Source: Chiloscyllium plagiosum
Taxonomy: Eukaryota
DNA length: 50,201 bases
Assembly (NCBI RefSeq): GCF_004010195.1
Contig: NC_057750.1
Coordinates: 375,353 to 425,553, forward strand
Reading direction: 5' to 3'
Shown: piece by piece, positions 10,936-23,485 of the stretch
How positions within the stretch are numbered: the first letter of the stretch is position 1
Layout of the letters: every line of letters begins with the position of its first letter
The notes under the pieces: generated by a model
The model's input: only the letters and a program-made list of their open reading frames with translations
The model's database searches: none
What the model was told of the DNA's origin: nothing
Program-made: the position numbers and the translations under genes

Positions 10936-11364
10936 ATGCTTCACTCCTTTGATTGGCCTAGCTGAAATCTGTTAACTGCCAGTGTAGGCTACCTTGCCAT
11001 TTAACTGCACCCTGCAATATCCTCAGCTACTAAAACATCTTAAAGTCTCCCTGCTTAACAGAGTTCAGTGAATACTTCTAGGCTGCAATATTAACCAAAG
11101 TGCTTTATTAGAAAGAACCCCAGTCAGACTCATTCTGAGTGGCAAGATATTCCTAGTTTGTTGTGAGTTTCCTTCTGCTTTTTTTTAAACAAACAATCTG
11201 TTTGCCTTTTTTCATCTTAATCTGCCTGTTGTTATTCCTTCTTCACTGTTTCTTTACTGAAAAAAGTGCTTAGTTTCAGGAATAAAAATCCCTGCTGTTT
11301 TCAGTTCACCTTTTCAGAAAAGACACTGAACAGAACCTATAAAAAGGACAATGGAACTTGAGTT

Positions 11365-11825
11365 GTTGCTGCACCTTTCATAAATTCAGGATGTCCCAAG
11401 TCACTTTATAGCCAATAAAGTGCATTCAAAATCTAATTGCTGTTATAATGTAGAAAATAGAACTGCAACTTGCACACAGCAATGTACATAGTTTTAATGA
11501 TATTGAGGGATGAATGTTGGCCAGGAGACCAGAACTACCTTAACCTTTTTTAAAGTAATTCCACAGGATCATTTAGACTTAATAAATAAAGCAGGAGAAA
11601 GTGAGGACTTCAGATGCTGGAGATTAGAGTTGAAAGTGGGGACCTGATAAAGGGCTCTTGCCTGAAACGTCGATACTCCTGCTCCTTAGATGCTGCCTGT
11701 CCTTCTGTGCTTTACTAAATAAAGCAGACAGGGCTTTGGCTTAACATCACCTGAAAGAAACAGTTCTGCAGTCCCTGAGTACAGGATTGAAGCATTAGGC
11801 CACATTACACACTGAGGCCAGGAGT
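11365..11825 (-). mobile_element. DeuSINE (SacSINE1/AmnSINE1-like), interrupted by a PLE insertion
   Basis: ggatgtcccaagtcactttatagccaataaagt...ttgcacacagcaa...gagggatgaatgttggccaggagacc...gcagacagggctttggcttaacatc resembles the Deu domain as I recall it. Confidence 0.7.
11595..11715. mobile_element. Short inverted PLE (family A) insertion with a degenerate hammerhead (G8>A)
   Basis: Minus-strand terminus, then ctgataa-a-gggc-tctt-gcct-gaaacgtc at 11644-11671; 12-bp TSD taaataaagcag at 11583-11594 and 11716-11727. Confidence 0.85.
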
Positions 11826-11942
11826 TGATTAATTCAGGTCCCACTCCAGGTGAATTCTCTGTCTCTATATTAAGGTTGTCAGCTGATCTAGACTTTGAAA
11901 AGTAGAACGAAAAAGACTTGGATTGGTGCTAGAGTTGACTAT

Positions 11943-12128
11943 CCTTCAAAGTACTTGACATCCAATGAAGCTCCCAATATGGAGGCAAACAGTTTTCACA
12001 CAGCTAGATCACTCAACAATCAATAAGATGAATAGTCAATTAATCTACTTTGTGTTGGTTTTGGTTAGAGAGAATTGTTGGCAAGGAGAACTCTTCAAAC
12101 AATATCCCATGGTCTTTAACATGCACTG
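11943..12128 (-). mobile_element. Decayed DeuSINE fragment
   Basis: caaagtacttgacatccaatgaag...ttcacacagctagatc...ttggttagagagaattgttggcaaggagaactcttcaaacaatatcccatgg. Confidence 0.55.
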
Positions 12129-12597
12129 GATGTGATGGGAAAAACTGTATTGTGAGCCTGTGCAAGTCAGATAAGGTCACAATCTCTCCCTTTCTTCTGC
12201 CAACTGTCTCCTGCTCCAGGTTTAGTGAAACTTAAACTGAACAGAATGTCATTTCAGTTCCAGTTTTCTTCCTCCTGGTCCTGAAGGGTTTGTATTCTTT
12301 GTATGATGTACAGCAGTCTGTCTGTAATGTTCTCAAAGGCCCCACAAGACTAATCCAGGCATTGGAACCTCATTTTGAACAGACCTATTGCGTGCTCCAC
12401 AGTGAACCTGGCTGAAGAATAGTCTGTGTTTTGTTTACAATGCACCACAGTTAAGGTGTTGTATTATTCAGTCATTAGTCATGGTCACAGATGGTAACTA
12501 TTATCTCCCACTTGCAATCCTTGTGAGGCTTTCTGTCCTTGAAATAAAACAGGAACCTGAGTGGATATATATATGATGGCAGCTTCCAGGGTTCCTG

Positions 12598-12714
12598 ATT
12601 CGGAGGTGCCGGTGTTGAACTGGGGTGTACAAAGTTAAAAATCACACAACACCAGGTTATAGTCCAACAGGTTTAATTGGAAGCACACTAGCTTTCGGAG
12701 CGACGCTCCTTCAC
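12598..12714 (-). mobile_element. Young short PLE (family B) terminus truncated inside the hammerhead core
   Basis: Reverse complement TGA-A-GGAGC-GTC-GCTCC-GAAAGCTA-GTG; 13-bp TSD tccagggttcctg at 12585-12597 and 12715-12727. Confidence 0.9.
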
Positions 12715-13423
12715 TCCAGGGTTCCTGGTAGACTTTTAGGATATGGTCACAATAATTACAGATAGCTAGCATGTTGGTGAAATTGAACTTTTTCTGTTGA
12801 TAAACTCAGCTGTGTTGTGCAATGGCCCTTTCAGTGCGATGTATGTATTTTCTATCGTCCCCTGCCCTGGGCATTGACAGCCACAATGTCACACCCTTAC
12901 TGCCCAGGCTACAGCACAGACCTTGCAAAGGACAACTGAGAGAAAGGGATTGTAATCTGGTACAAACTGCACCAGTGAGAGCTTTATATGTTGAGGATTG
13001 TGAGGTCCCACACAAGCCCCCAGTGGAGCAGAAATTGACACTAACTTCTATAACAATTCATGTTGTTGTGGTGAATGCAAAAACAAAGACTAAATAATTG
13101 GGATTTTGAAAGTGCAGCTAAAGTGAAATTGAAAGAAAATGTTGTCATCTCACCCACCCCCAGGGTAGCAAAAGTGGAAGTGGGATTGAAAGGGAGCACT
13201 GAAATGTGGTTAGAGAGTGATTAGAGCTGATCTTATCTCTACTTAATACCACTGGAGCAGGGAAAGCATTTCATAGAATCCCTACCGTGTAGAAGCAGCC
13301 ATTTGACCCATCAAGTCTATACTGACCCTCCGAAGAACATCCCACCAAATCCCTGTAACCTTGCATTTCCCATGGCTAATCCACCCAGCTTGCACATCCC
13401 TGGACACTATGGGCAATTTAACA

Positions 13424-13794
13424 AGGCAAAAGTGAGGACTGCAGATGCTGGAACCCAGAGTTTAGGTCAGAGTGGTGCTGGAAAAACACAACAGGTCAGG
13501 CAGCATCCGAGGAGCAGGAAAATCAACGTTTCAGGCAAAAGCCCTTCATCAGNNNNNNNNNNNNNNNNNNNNNNNNNNNNNNNNNNNNNNNNNNNNNNNN
13601 NNNNNNNNNNNNNNNNNNNGGAGGAGGTATTAAAGAGTACAGTAGGTGAATGGGGTGGGGATGGAGGTGATGGGTCAGAGGGGAGGGTAGAGCAGATAGG
13701 TGGGAAGGGAGATTGGCACGTGGGACAGTGCAGAGCTGGAAGGTTGGAACTGAGGTAAGGTGGGGGGAGGGGAAATGAGGAAACTGGTGAAGTC
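13424..13794 (-). mobile_element. PLE (family A) 3' end with a hammerhead motif at 13525-13552
   Basis: Reverse complement CTGATGA-A-GGGC-TTTT-GCCT-GAAACGTT; 10-bp TSD caatttaaca at 13414-13423 and 13795-13804; contains a gap. Confidence 0.85.
13553..13619. other. Assembly gap (N run)
   Basis: Continuous N. Confidence 1.
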
Positions 13795-14149
13795 CAATTT
13801 AACATGGCCAACCTACCTAATCTGCATATCTTTGATACCGTGAGATGAAAGCAAAGCAAAGAGCAACCTGCACAGATACAGGGAGAATGCACAGACTCCA
13901 CACAATCACCCAAGGCTAGAATTGAACTCGGGTCCCTGGTGCTGTGAGGCAGCAGTGCTGACTACTGAGCAACCCCTATGAGCTGTTGAGGTGAAAAAGA
14001 TGGTCGAGGAGATGGTGTGGACTGAGATTCAAATCAGCTCTGAGAAAGGGAACACCCTGGGACAAGATGCAGATTCAGCTCATTGAGGATGGGAAAGTAC
14101 TTGGTGGTTCACAGACTGAAGGACGAAATGGAGATATCTCAATGAGACA

Positions 14150-15372
14150 GAGAGCCAATGAATTAATACATCACACACATACAAGCCTGTATTGCTTCCC
14201 GGCCTCTTTGGAGGAAACATTGTGGGAATGTGCTTGCCCTCTGACTTTTCCTGAGCTGTGGCACGTGTCCTCCCTCATTCATATTCATGAGGCACTCAGT
14301 CACACCCACTGTGCGCTGCTGATGTGATTTGCTGCTGCAGATTAAACCCCCTTTCCTCCAGTCTTTCTACAAGGCAAGCTTGTTCTTTCTTTATCTATGC
14401 ATGTGTGTGTGTGTGTTTGTGTGCGTGTAGCAATCGGATGGTTACACAGTTGACTAACAGTATTTGCCAGATCGTGAAGGAGACAGAGAGGAAGAGAGAT
14501 AAGCATCTCTGCCGACCTGCCTGTGCATTCTCACAGTCCCACTTGGGCACATGATGTGGAGAAAATCACTTGTCAGTTCGGAGCTGGTGTAGACCCAGGA
14601 CTGGTTTTAACGGGAAGCTGTTACTGAGGGGAGACCCTGTTTTGTTGCAGCTGCGCTTTCGGAGGGATTGCGATCTGTTCTGTGAAACACACACATCTGG
14701 ATAGTCAGTAACCTCAGCCAAAGGGTCCAGCCCGGCTAGACATCAGGGAGAGACTGTGTGGAGCCCTGTCAGTGCCACTCAGTCCTTGGTGTTGGTCGGT
14801 GCTGAGGATTTGCAGCGCTGGGGCAGGAAGGGGGAGAAGGATGAGGCTGGAACTCATTGCAACCTTCCCGAGAGAGAGACTTCTCCTGGCGGTGAATGGA
14901 CCCTGCTCCTTCTAGAGTTGTGCACTGCTCCAGGATCAGGGGCTTGCTTGTGTCTGGGGGCTCGCTTGCCAGAGCCAGTGCCTCCCACTGGAGCGACTGG
15001 CTGTGCGCGGCCCCGTGTCGCTGTCCATGGTGCTGAACCCGTTCCGTGTTGCCCAGCGAGAGCCAGGAATGTAACCTTTCACTCTGCTGAGGATGGGATT
15101 CTTTACAAAGAATTGGTGAACGAGAGAACCACTTCCCTCCTAGTTCTGAACGATTTTCTTTTATGTCATTTTGTTTCCTTCTCCTTCGTGACCGAAGACT
15201 GTGAGTTTTTCAGCACCAGTTGAAGCGGAGAAGAGAGAGAGAGTGAGAGGGAGCGAGAAGGAGAAAGCAGTGAAGAAGGAGGTGTAAAGATGAATAGAAA
15301 CTGGTGCAGAGCAGCCCCCTACTTTCGCTGACAGCTCCGCCGACTGAATCTGATTAATGTTTCTTTGTAAAG
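14150..15372 (+). promoter_or_regulatory. Probable promoter and first (largely non-coding) exon of an unidentified neuronal gene
   Basis: Repeat-free, raised GC and CpG, CCAAT near 14154, CACGTG at 14262-14267, RE1 site, GA-rich UTR-like tract at 15225-15285, donor AAG|GTAACA after 15372. TSS not locatable. Confidence 0.6.
15017..15037 (-). promoter_or_regulatory. REST/NRSF binding site (RE1/NRSE)
   Basis: Reverse complement TTCAGCACCATGGACAGCGAC versus consensus TTCAGCACCACGGACAGCGCC (19/21, canonical spacing). Confidence 0.92.
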
Positions 15373-17092
15373 GTAACATGAGCTACAAAGTCTCTTCTTT
15401 CTCTGTCAACAACTACCAGTATTTGTTTAAGTCTAATAAATCATAAAAGAGAATTTATACCTGGAAATTGCGAGGTTAACCCTCCATTAGAGATATGCAG
15501 CTCCTTCCACAGGATTCAATCCTTTAAAGCATTTAACATGCAGTATCTAAAATAATAGAGATATCATAAAACATGAATAATCAAAATGAGAAGACTTTTG
15601 CAGTGGGAGTCGCCTCAATATAAATTCTTGCAGGTTTCTTTATTCTAAAAAAGAGCTGCAATCAGATTTTTCCAAGACACTCCCCCCCCTCCCCACCCCA
15701 CGTTAAGTTGTCATTGAAAATTGAAAGATGGATTTAATATGGAAAGTGAACAAAAGAGAAGGTTACAGGTTAACCCTCTGCACACTGTATTGGATTAAAA
15801 TAATACAGTAGAAAGTAGTGTGGCGTTCATTGCAAATATATTGTCTGAAAATTGGAATTTATGGTCTTTTGCTTCGCATGGCTATATATAATCTATAAAT
15901 ATGCGCATTCTTGTGTTTTCAACATTTTTCACACACAGAGAACAACTTTGAGGCAGAATGAGATTGCATATTTCAAGGAAGAGTTATGCTATTTTAATAA
16001 TTCTTATTTGAAATCAAATTACTAATTCTAGTAAACTAGACCACCTTTATTTTATTGCCACAGTAGATTTGGGGCACTTTATTGATTGTGGAATTGGGAG
16101 AGATGGGCTCAGGCAAATCAAATGTTTTTGTTTGCAGCTTTTGTACAATTCTTCATATCTGGACATTGGGTTGGTATGTGTGTGAGATTTGCTGGTACAC
16201 TGTTTGAAGGCCAAGACCAGATCATTTGGATTCACCAGGGATGAAATGGCAGAAGAGAAAATTAGGGAAATGATGGAAGCAATTATCAGATAACGATGAA
16301 ACTTGGGTTTGAAAAGGCTGCAGATTGCTGGAGGAATAGAGTTCAATGCATTATGTGATGTGCTTTCTGCTACATATAATTAGCAGTCATAGAGCTCTAA
16401 CAAAATTATAGCTCAAAAGGGGAGAAAGTCAAAATGTTGGAGCAACCAGAAGAAATATTACTTTATATCATGTAAAAATGTGTTTATTTGTAACATATAT
16501 ATTTACACATATATACCTGGCACATTCCATATTATGTGATTTATTTACTCTTAATGTTGTGCTCACCAAAAGGCAAATGAGTTTCATTGATGCTTGTTAT
16601 GCAGCAATGGTGTTATAAGACATGTTATATGTTGTCGGCAGATAACCAGCATGGTATGTACTACAGCCTAGAGATTACTATTGCAATATTACCAGTTGAA
16701 CTTCTAAGTGTGACATTTTTACTTGCATTATTTTTTAGTAGCTATTGACTTATTTCAACATAAGGTTGGGTACAGTCTTAAAATACCAGAAATAAAGTCA
16801 GTAATTGTGTTGTTGGCTTTCCAAAATATCTCTACAATCAATGCAATTCTTCTGCTCTTTTCCAGACTATAAGATTATTTAAAAACATTTGCTCTCATTC
16901 TCTTCTGAATCAGATAGGGTAACAAATTTTTTGGTTCTCTAGTACCTCACCATCTTTACCATGGGATTCTATGAATGTCAGAAGGACATTTCATTGAAGC
17001 ATATTCGAGGTTATGCTGCTATTGTCCATCTGTGAAATCTGCCCAGCATGAGTATAAAACTCGACTCTAGACAGAAACCCTGTTGATTTCCC

Positions 17093-18760
17093 ATAAGAAC
17101 ACAAAATCAAGGAGCAGGAGTAGATCATTTGGACTAGCAAGCCTGCTACACCATTCAATATGATCATAGTTGTTTTGAACTTCAAGTCCATTTTCCTAAA
17201 CATTCCCTATATCCCATGATTCCGTGAAAGGCCAACATGAAAAGATTTATCCCAGCTTGAAAAACTACTCAATAATAGAACATCCACAACCCTCTGGGAT
17301 AGAGAATTTCAAAGATTCACAACACTTTGATTGAAGTAATTTTTCCTCATCTCAGTCCTAAAATGATCAACTCTATCCTGACACCCATATTATAAACTAC
17401 CCAACAAGTGAAAACAGACCCTTGGTGCCTTCCCCATCGAGTCCCTTCAGAATCTTGCAATTTTCAATAAAATCACCTCTCATTTTTCTGAACCCCAGAA
17501 AATGTTGACCCAATTTACTCATCCCTCCATAATAGGACGTTACTCTCATCCCAATTTAGTGAACATTCATTCCGACCTTGAAATAAGAGCTAATATTCCA
17601 TTGGCCCTCCTGATTACCTGCTGAACCTATGTGCTAGCTTTCTGTGTTTTGTGTAAAAGTCCTCCCCCAAGTCCTTTTGTGTTGCAGCTTTCTACAAGTT
17701 TTCTCCATTTAAATGTTATTCAGTTCTTTTGTTCTCCCTTCCAAACTGAATGACTTCACGTTTTCCCACATTAAACTCCATTTGCCAACTTTTTGCCAAT
17801 TTACTTAACTAACAACGTCTCTCCACAAACTGTTTGCATCCCTTTCCCAACTTGCTTTTTCACCTATTTTAGTGTCTTCTGCAAATTCACTGACAGTACC
17901 TGCTCTTCCTCCTCCAAGTCATTGATATATATTGTAACCATTTGTGGTTCCAGTGCTGATCCCTGTGGAACCCCAATGGTCACGTATTGCCAACTGTGGG
18001 CTCTTATCGTATGACTTAACACTTTGTGAGGTACCTTGTTGAAGGCCTTCTGGAAGTCCAAGTATAACGCATCTACTGGTTCCCCTCTTTCCACTCTGAT
18101 TAATTCTTCCTTAAGTAAACTCTAATAAATTAGTCAAATGAGGTTTCCCTTTCATGAAACCATGTTAATTCTGTTTGGCTAGATTATAATTTAGCATATG
18201 TTCTGCTATAGTTTCTTAATAGATTCCCACACATTTGCAATAATAGATGTTAGGCTAACCAGCCTATAGCTACCTGCTTTTTGCCTCCCTTCCTTTTTGA
18301 ACATGGGTATCAGTTTAGCAGTTTTCCAATCTGCTATACCTTCTCCAAAATCCAATGATATTTGGAAAATTACAACCAATGCATCTACTATCTCTGTAGC
18401 TACTTCTTTTTAGGATCCTAAGATGCAAGCCATCAGGGCCAGGGGATTGTAGTATTGATGCAATGTTCACCTCTTTATCTGTTTTTTTTTTCATTTAGTA
18501 TTCTCCTTAATTTTCCTTGGTTGGTCATGGTTGATTTATCCCTCTCTTGGAACCTTGCCTCCTCAATGGGATATATTTTGCTGGGAGTCATGAGTTACTT
18601 CCTTAAATATCTGCCACTGCTGTCTCACTGTCGTTCTGCTAATCTATCCAGCCAGTTTACTTTAGGTAATTCTAATCTTATTTAATTCAAATTCACTCCA
18701 TTTAATTTAAACACAATTGTTTCAAACCCAAATTTCTCACTCTGGAACTGAATATTAAAT
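17093..18760 (-). mobile_element. Old degenerate CR1 LINE (RT region and 3' tail)
   Basis: ERGEPVDALYLDFQKAFNKVPHK and GVPQGSALEP in ORF 17864-18094; CR1 tail at 17093-17170. Confidence 0.88.
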
Positions 18761-19016
18761 TCTTATTATTCAGAGAATCATAGAGATGGACAGCACGGAA
18801 ACAGACCCTTCGGTCCAACCCATCCATACCAACCAGATATCCCAACTCAATCTAGTCCCACCTGCCAGCACTTTGCCCATATCCCTCCAAACCCTTCCTA
18901 TTCAGATACCCATCCAAATGCCTCTTAAATGTTGCAATTGTACCAATCTCCACCACTTCCTCTGGAAGCTCATTCCATACACGTACCACCCTCTGCATGA
19001 AAATGTTACCCCTTAG

Positions 19017-19861
19017 TTACCACTGGACGGGGTTCGGAGGAGGCTCACTAAGTTGATTCTGGAATTGCACTGAAGGGTTGGCTTATGAGGAGAGATTGAG
19101 TAGACTGGGACTCAATTTAGAAGAACAGGGAAGGGAGCGATCTTATAGAAACATATAAAATGATGAAGGAATTAGATAAGATAGAAACAGGGAGGCTGTT
19201 TCCACTGGCAGGTGAAAGTAGAACTAGAGGGCATAGCCTCAAAATAAGAGGAAGCAGATTTTGGACTGAGTTGAGGAGGAACTGCTTCGCCCAAAGGGTT
19301 GTGAATCTGTGGAATTCCCCAGGTAAAAACAATGACTGCAGATGCTGGAAACCAGATTCTGGATTAGTGGTGCTGGAAGAGCACAGCAGGTCGGACAAGT
19401 CATGGGGGCAGTGCTGAGCTGGAAGTTTGGAACTGGGGTGAGGTGGGGGAAGGGGAAATGAGGGAGCTGTTGAAGTCCACATTGATGCCCTGGGGTTGAA
19501 GTGTTCCGAGGCGGAAGATGAGGCGTTCTTCCTCCAGGCGTCTGGTGGTGAGGGAGCGGCGGTGAAGGAGGCCCAGGACTTCCATGTCCTCGGCAGAGTG
19601 GGAGGGGGAGTTGAAATGTTGGGCCACAGGGCGGTGTAGTTGATTGGTGCGGGCCCTGTGAAGTAGTTGAGGCTTCCTCATTGAATGTTTTTAAGGCAAA
19701 GATTGATAGATTTTTGAACAGTAAGGGAATTAAGGGTTATGGTGAGTGGGTGGGTAAGTGGAGCTGAGTCCATGAAAAGATCAGCCATGATCTTATTGAA
19801 TGGTGGAGCAGGCTCAAGGGATCTGATGGCCTACACCTGGTCCTAGTTCTGATGTTCTTAG
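19017..19861 (+). mobile_element. CR1 3' fragment nested in the opposite orientation
   Basis: KELDKIETGRLFPLAGESRTRGHSLKIRG...QRVVNLWNS; same family as 33335-34128; short cttag duplication at the junctions. Confidence 0.88.
19321..19653 (-). mobile_element. PLE GIY-YIG C-terminal fragment with an internally deleted pLTR
   Basis: RPVAQHFNSPSHSAEDMEVLGLLH...RRLEEERLIFRLGTLQPQGINVDF. Confidence 0.9.
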
Positions 19862-20659
19862 GTCCCTTTTAAATCTTTCCTCTCTCACCTTAAACCTATG
19901 CCCTCTAGTTTTGGACTCCTCTACCTTGGGAAAAAGACCTTGCCTATCCATTTTTTTCCATGCCCCACATGATTTTATAAACCTCTATACGGTCACCCTT
20001 CAGCCTCCAATGTTCCAGGGAAAATAGTCTCAGCCTAGTCAACCTCTTGCTATAGCCCAAACTCTCCAATCCTGGCAACATCCTTGTAAATCTTTTCTGC
20101 ACCACTTCATGTTTAACAACATCTTTCCCATGACAGGGGGACCAGAATTGAATGCAGTATTCCAAAAATGGCCTAACCAATGTCCTGTACAGACACAACA
20201 TGACATCCTAACACCTATAGTCAATGCACTGTCCGATAAAAGGCAAGCATACCAAATGCCTTCTTCACTATCCTGTCTACCTGCAACTCCACCTTAAGGG
20301 ATCTATGAATCTGCACTTCAAAGTCTCTTTCTTCCCCAGGTCCCTATCATTAAGTGTATAAGTCCTGCCCTGATTTGCCTTTCCAAAATGCAACACCTTA
20401 CATTTGTTTAAATTAACTCCATTTGCCACTCTTCAGCTCATTGGCCCCTCTGATCAAGGTCCTATTGCACTCTACGTTAACCTTCTTCACTGTCGACTAC
20501 ACCTCCAATTTTGGTGTCATCAATAAACTAACCATTCCTCCTATATTCACATCCAAGTTTATGAAAATGACAAAAAGCAGTGGACCCAACATTGATCCTT
20601 GTGGCATACTGCTGGTCGCAGACCTATCGAAGCTTATTAATATAGGTTACAAAAAGTTT

Positions 20660-21310
20660 ATGCTTCAGCACAGATCATTACAGTACTCCACTCCTTACAT
20701 CCTGCCAAGTTGAAAATATCCCACTTATAACTGCTCTCAGCTTCCTTATCCCTTAAAAAACATTCTATTAATTCAAATCAACTACCCCAACTCCATGAGT
20801 CATTTTCTTGCCTATTAATCTTTTGTGTGGCACCTAGTTGAATGCTTTTTGGAAATCAATGTATCTACTATCCCTATTCATTTTCTTTTATCTACCTTGC
20901 ATCCTCAAAAAATTTTATTATATTTGTCAAACAGATTTCCATTTTGTATGATGTATTATGCTGTTCTCATCATTCTGTGCTTTTCTGAGTGCAATGTTAA
21001 GAATTCCTTAGCAATAACTTCCAGCATTTCCCCCATGACAACTGTCAGGAGAACTGAACTGTAGTTCCCCGTTTTCTCTCTCCTTCCTTCACTGAAATAT
21101 AGTTTTATATTTGCTAACTTTCAGGCTGATGGGCATCTACCCAACTGTGGGAGATTTTGGAAAATTAAAGATCGTATCTCTGCAACTCTTAGAACCCTAG
21201 GGGTGTTTTTAAACTTTAATTTTCCAATATATTTTCTTTGCTGTATTATTTACTGTAATTTCGTCACTTTCTTTGGCTCCATTCTCTATTTCTGGTGTGC
21301 AACTTTTGGC
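20660..21310 (-). mobile_element. Old CR1 RT fragment
   Basis: tgtggcacctagttgaatgctttttggaaatc (reverse DFQKAF..VP) and gtagttccccgttttctctctcc (reverse ..ENGEL). Confidence 0.65.
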
Positions 21311-21367
21311 TCCTACCGTCTCCCCACAGGTGATTGGAACACTATGATTAATATACAGAAGAGGAGG

Positions 21368-21570
21368 TAGATTAGCTCAGTTGGCTGGCTAGCTGGTTTG
21401 CAATGCAGAGTAATGCCAACAGCGCAGTTAGATTTCTGCACTGGGTTAAATTTACGATGAAAGAAACCCCTTCACAGTCTCTCCCTTCACCTAAGATGCT
21501 GTGACCCTTGCGTCGTCTCTAATGTGCAAGCATCTTTATGGTTTGGTACGAATATGGTGACATTGCCTGA
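21368..21570 (+). mobile_element. tRNA-derived SINE
   Basis: A-box-like ttagctcagttgg; matches 30958-31176. Confidence 0.75.
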
Positions 21571-21764
21571 CACTAAAGAGTTCTAAAAAACTTCTTTAGT
21601 TTGGCTGTGATTTGAATGTGGAACTTGCTATCACAAAAGGGAAGCTAGATAGGAGAGGAAAAAATGATTGGAAGGATGTACTGATAGGTTGGGTGGAGAT
21701 TCATACGGAATACAGACACCAGTGTAGTTTGTTTGGGATGATCATCTTACTATCATTTTTAAAC

Positions 21765-22095
21765 TTTTTTCATGGTGATATCGATCTCACTGATATTTAT
21801 ATCAAATCCCCAACTGCCTTTGAACTGAATAATCTATTAGATCATTTCAGAGGGCAGTTAGGAGTCAACCACATGTAGATCAGACCATGTGAGGATGGCA
21901 GAGTTTCTTCCCAGTGAACCAGCTGGGAATTTACAACAACTGATGATAGCTTCATGGTCATCATCACTGACACCACTTTGTATTCCAGATTTCTTAATAG
22001 AATGTAATGCCACTCACTTTAGTGACAGGACCTTAAAGTGTTGTCCTGGATATTTGGTTTCCTGCTCCAGTGACATTAACTCTATGTTGCCATTT
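21765..22095 (-). mobile_element. tRNA-derived SINE (family of 3003-3312)
   Basis: agagggcagttaggagtcaaccacatgtagatcagacca...ttcatggtcatcatcact. Confidence 0.7.
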
Positions 22096-23139
22096 CTCTT
22101 TCAATGTTGCATCTGCTATGTAACAGGCAGATAAGTGGCTTTAATGTCTCTATGCTTAATTCAAGGAAAGTCAGTCACTTCATCTGGCATCTGTGGATGG
22201 ATATAGGATAAGGACATAATCACTCTGGACTGTGATGTTGCTCTTGTTAAGTGACTGAAGGCATTTACAATCCAGGTATTCACACATGAAGAATGTCACT
22301 TGCGTAAGGTGCAGAAAAGTTTCTGGTGTTTCAGGTAATGAGCTTCAAAGAGAGGGGGAAAAAAAATCACAGATTGTGAGAAGCTCATTACTCTTTATAA
22401 GTCAACTCCCTAACACTACTCACAGTTACTTTGTCGTAAACCCTCATGCTCACATTCTATCAAAAATGGATGAGAAACTCCATCAAAAAACTAGGAAGAT
22501 CCTACACATCAACATTCAATTACATCCACCAGGATGAACAGTTAATCATCTTTGCTCCTGTGCATTTTCTGCCTTGATGTGAAACAGTGAATCACTAAGC
22601 TATAATGTAAGATTTTAATATTCAATCACCATTTCCATTAAAAGATGGTAATTCATACCCATTTCATGTCTGCAAAATGCAATGTTTTCAGCTTCAAGTC
22701 AGCTGACAGATTTGATTCAGGTGAAATGGATGCAAATTAGTCTAAAGGGAATGCAAGAAGCATCTTTGACAACAGCACCCTCTCATATATCAACAAATTA
22801 TGGCATTGTATGGAAAAAATGACCTGGATTTAAAAGGAAGAAAATTGAGAAAGCCAGACTCAGAGAAAATGCTAACACGTCAAACACATATGAAAAAATG
22901 TTTCCACAGGACAAGTAGATGATGCACTATTCACACTGAAGTTTAAATATATTACCTGCTAAGTATGTCTACATAATCCATTTCTTTGTCTGGGAAATTT
23001 CATTGGATATTATCAAAAGTAAAAAACCTTTGTCAGCATTTTACATTTCAAACTGTAATTTGTAAACCCAAGTGCATTCAGAAAAGATAGCAACATGGAA
23101 TTAGAAAGTGGCCATTCAGCCCATCAGAAGTCAAGACGC

Positions 23140-23482
23140 ACACTTCCTTTTGAAGACCAATCTAAAATGAGAAGTCGTAGGTTTAGGGTAAGGGACAGTG
23201 GATCTAAAACAGAGAGGAGAAGAAATTACTTCCGTCAAAGAGCCATGAATCAACAGAGTTCACTACCTCAGAGTTCACTACCTCAGAGTGCACTACCTCA
23301 GAGTGCAGTGGCTACCAGGACATTGAGTAAATTTAAGGAGGGTACAGTCAGATTTTTAATTAGCAATGGGTTCATGGATTAAGAGGATTGAGCAGGATAA
23401 TGGAGTTGAGGCTGAGATGAGATCAGCCATGATTGTGTTGAATGGTGGAGTAGGCTCAAGGGGCTGAATGGCCTCCTCCTGC
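23140..23482 (+). mobile_element. CR1 3' tail containing a 15-bp triplication (cagagtKcactacct, 23254-23306)
   Basis: KTERRRNYFRQRAMN; tail agatcagccatgattgtgttgaatggtggagtaggctcaaggggctgaatggcct. Confidence 0.8.
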
Positions 23483-23485
23483 TGT

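Larger units (their letters stand above)
13272..13972 (-). mobile_element. HE1-like (V-SINE) shark SINE interrupted by a PLE
   Basis: tRNA-like head gaattgaactcgggtccctggtgctgtgaggcagcagtgctgactactgagc, body tgcacagactccacacaatcacccaagg, CR1-like tail at 13272-13335. Confidence 0.85.
18772..20622 (-). mobile_element. CR1 LINE interrupted at 19017-19861
   Basis: LYRTLVRPFLEYCIQFWSP...QKRFTRMLPGLE; tail at 18772-18830; the sequence is colinear across the insert. Confidence 0.9.

Noticed and set aside
14756..15223. 155-aa ORF as a host gene
   Set aside because: Non-ATG start and no recognisable domain; more likely a chance ORF in a GC-rich UTR.
15017..15372. Naming the host gene
   Set aside because: Many neuronal genes have exon-1 RE1 sites and no coding sequence is visible, so any symbol would be a guess.
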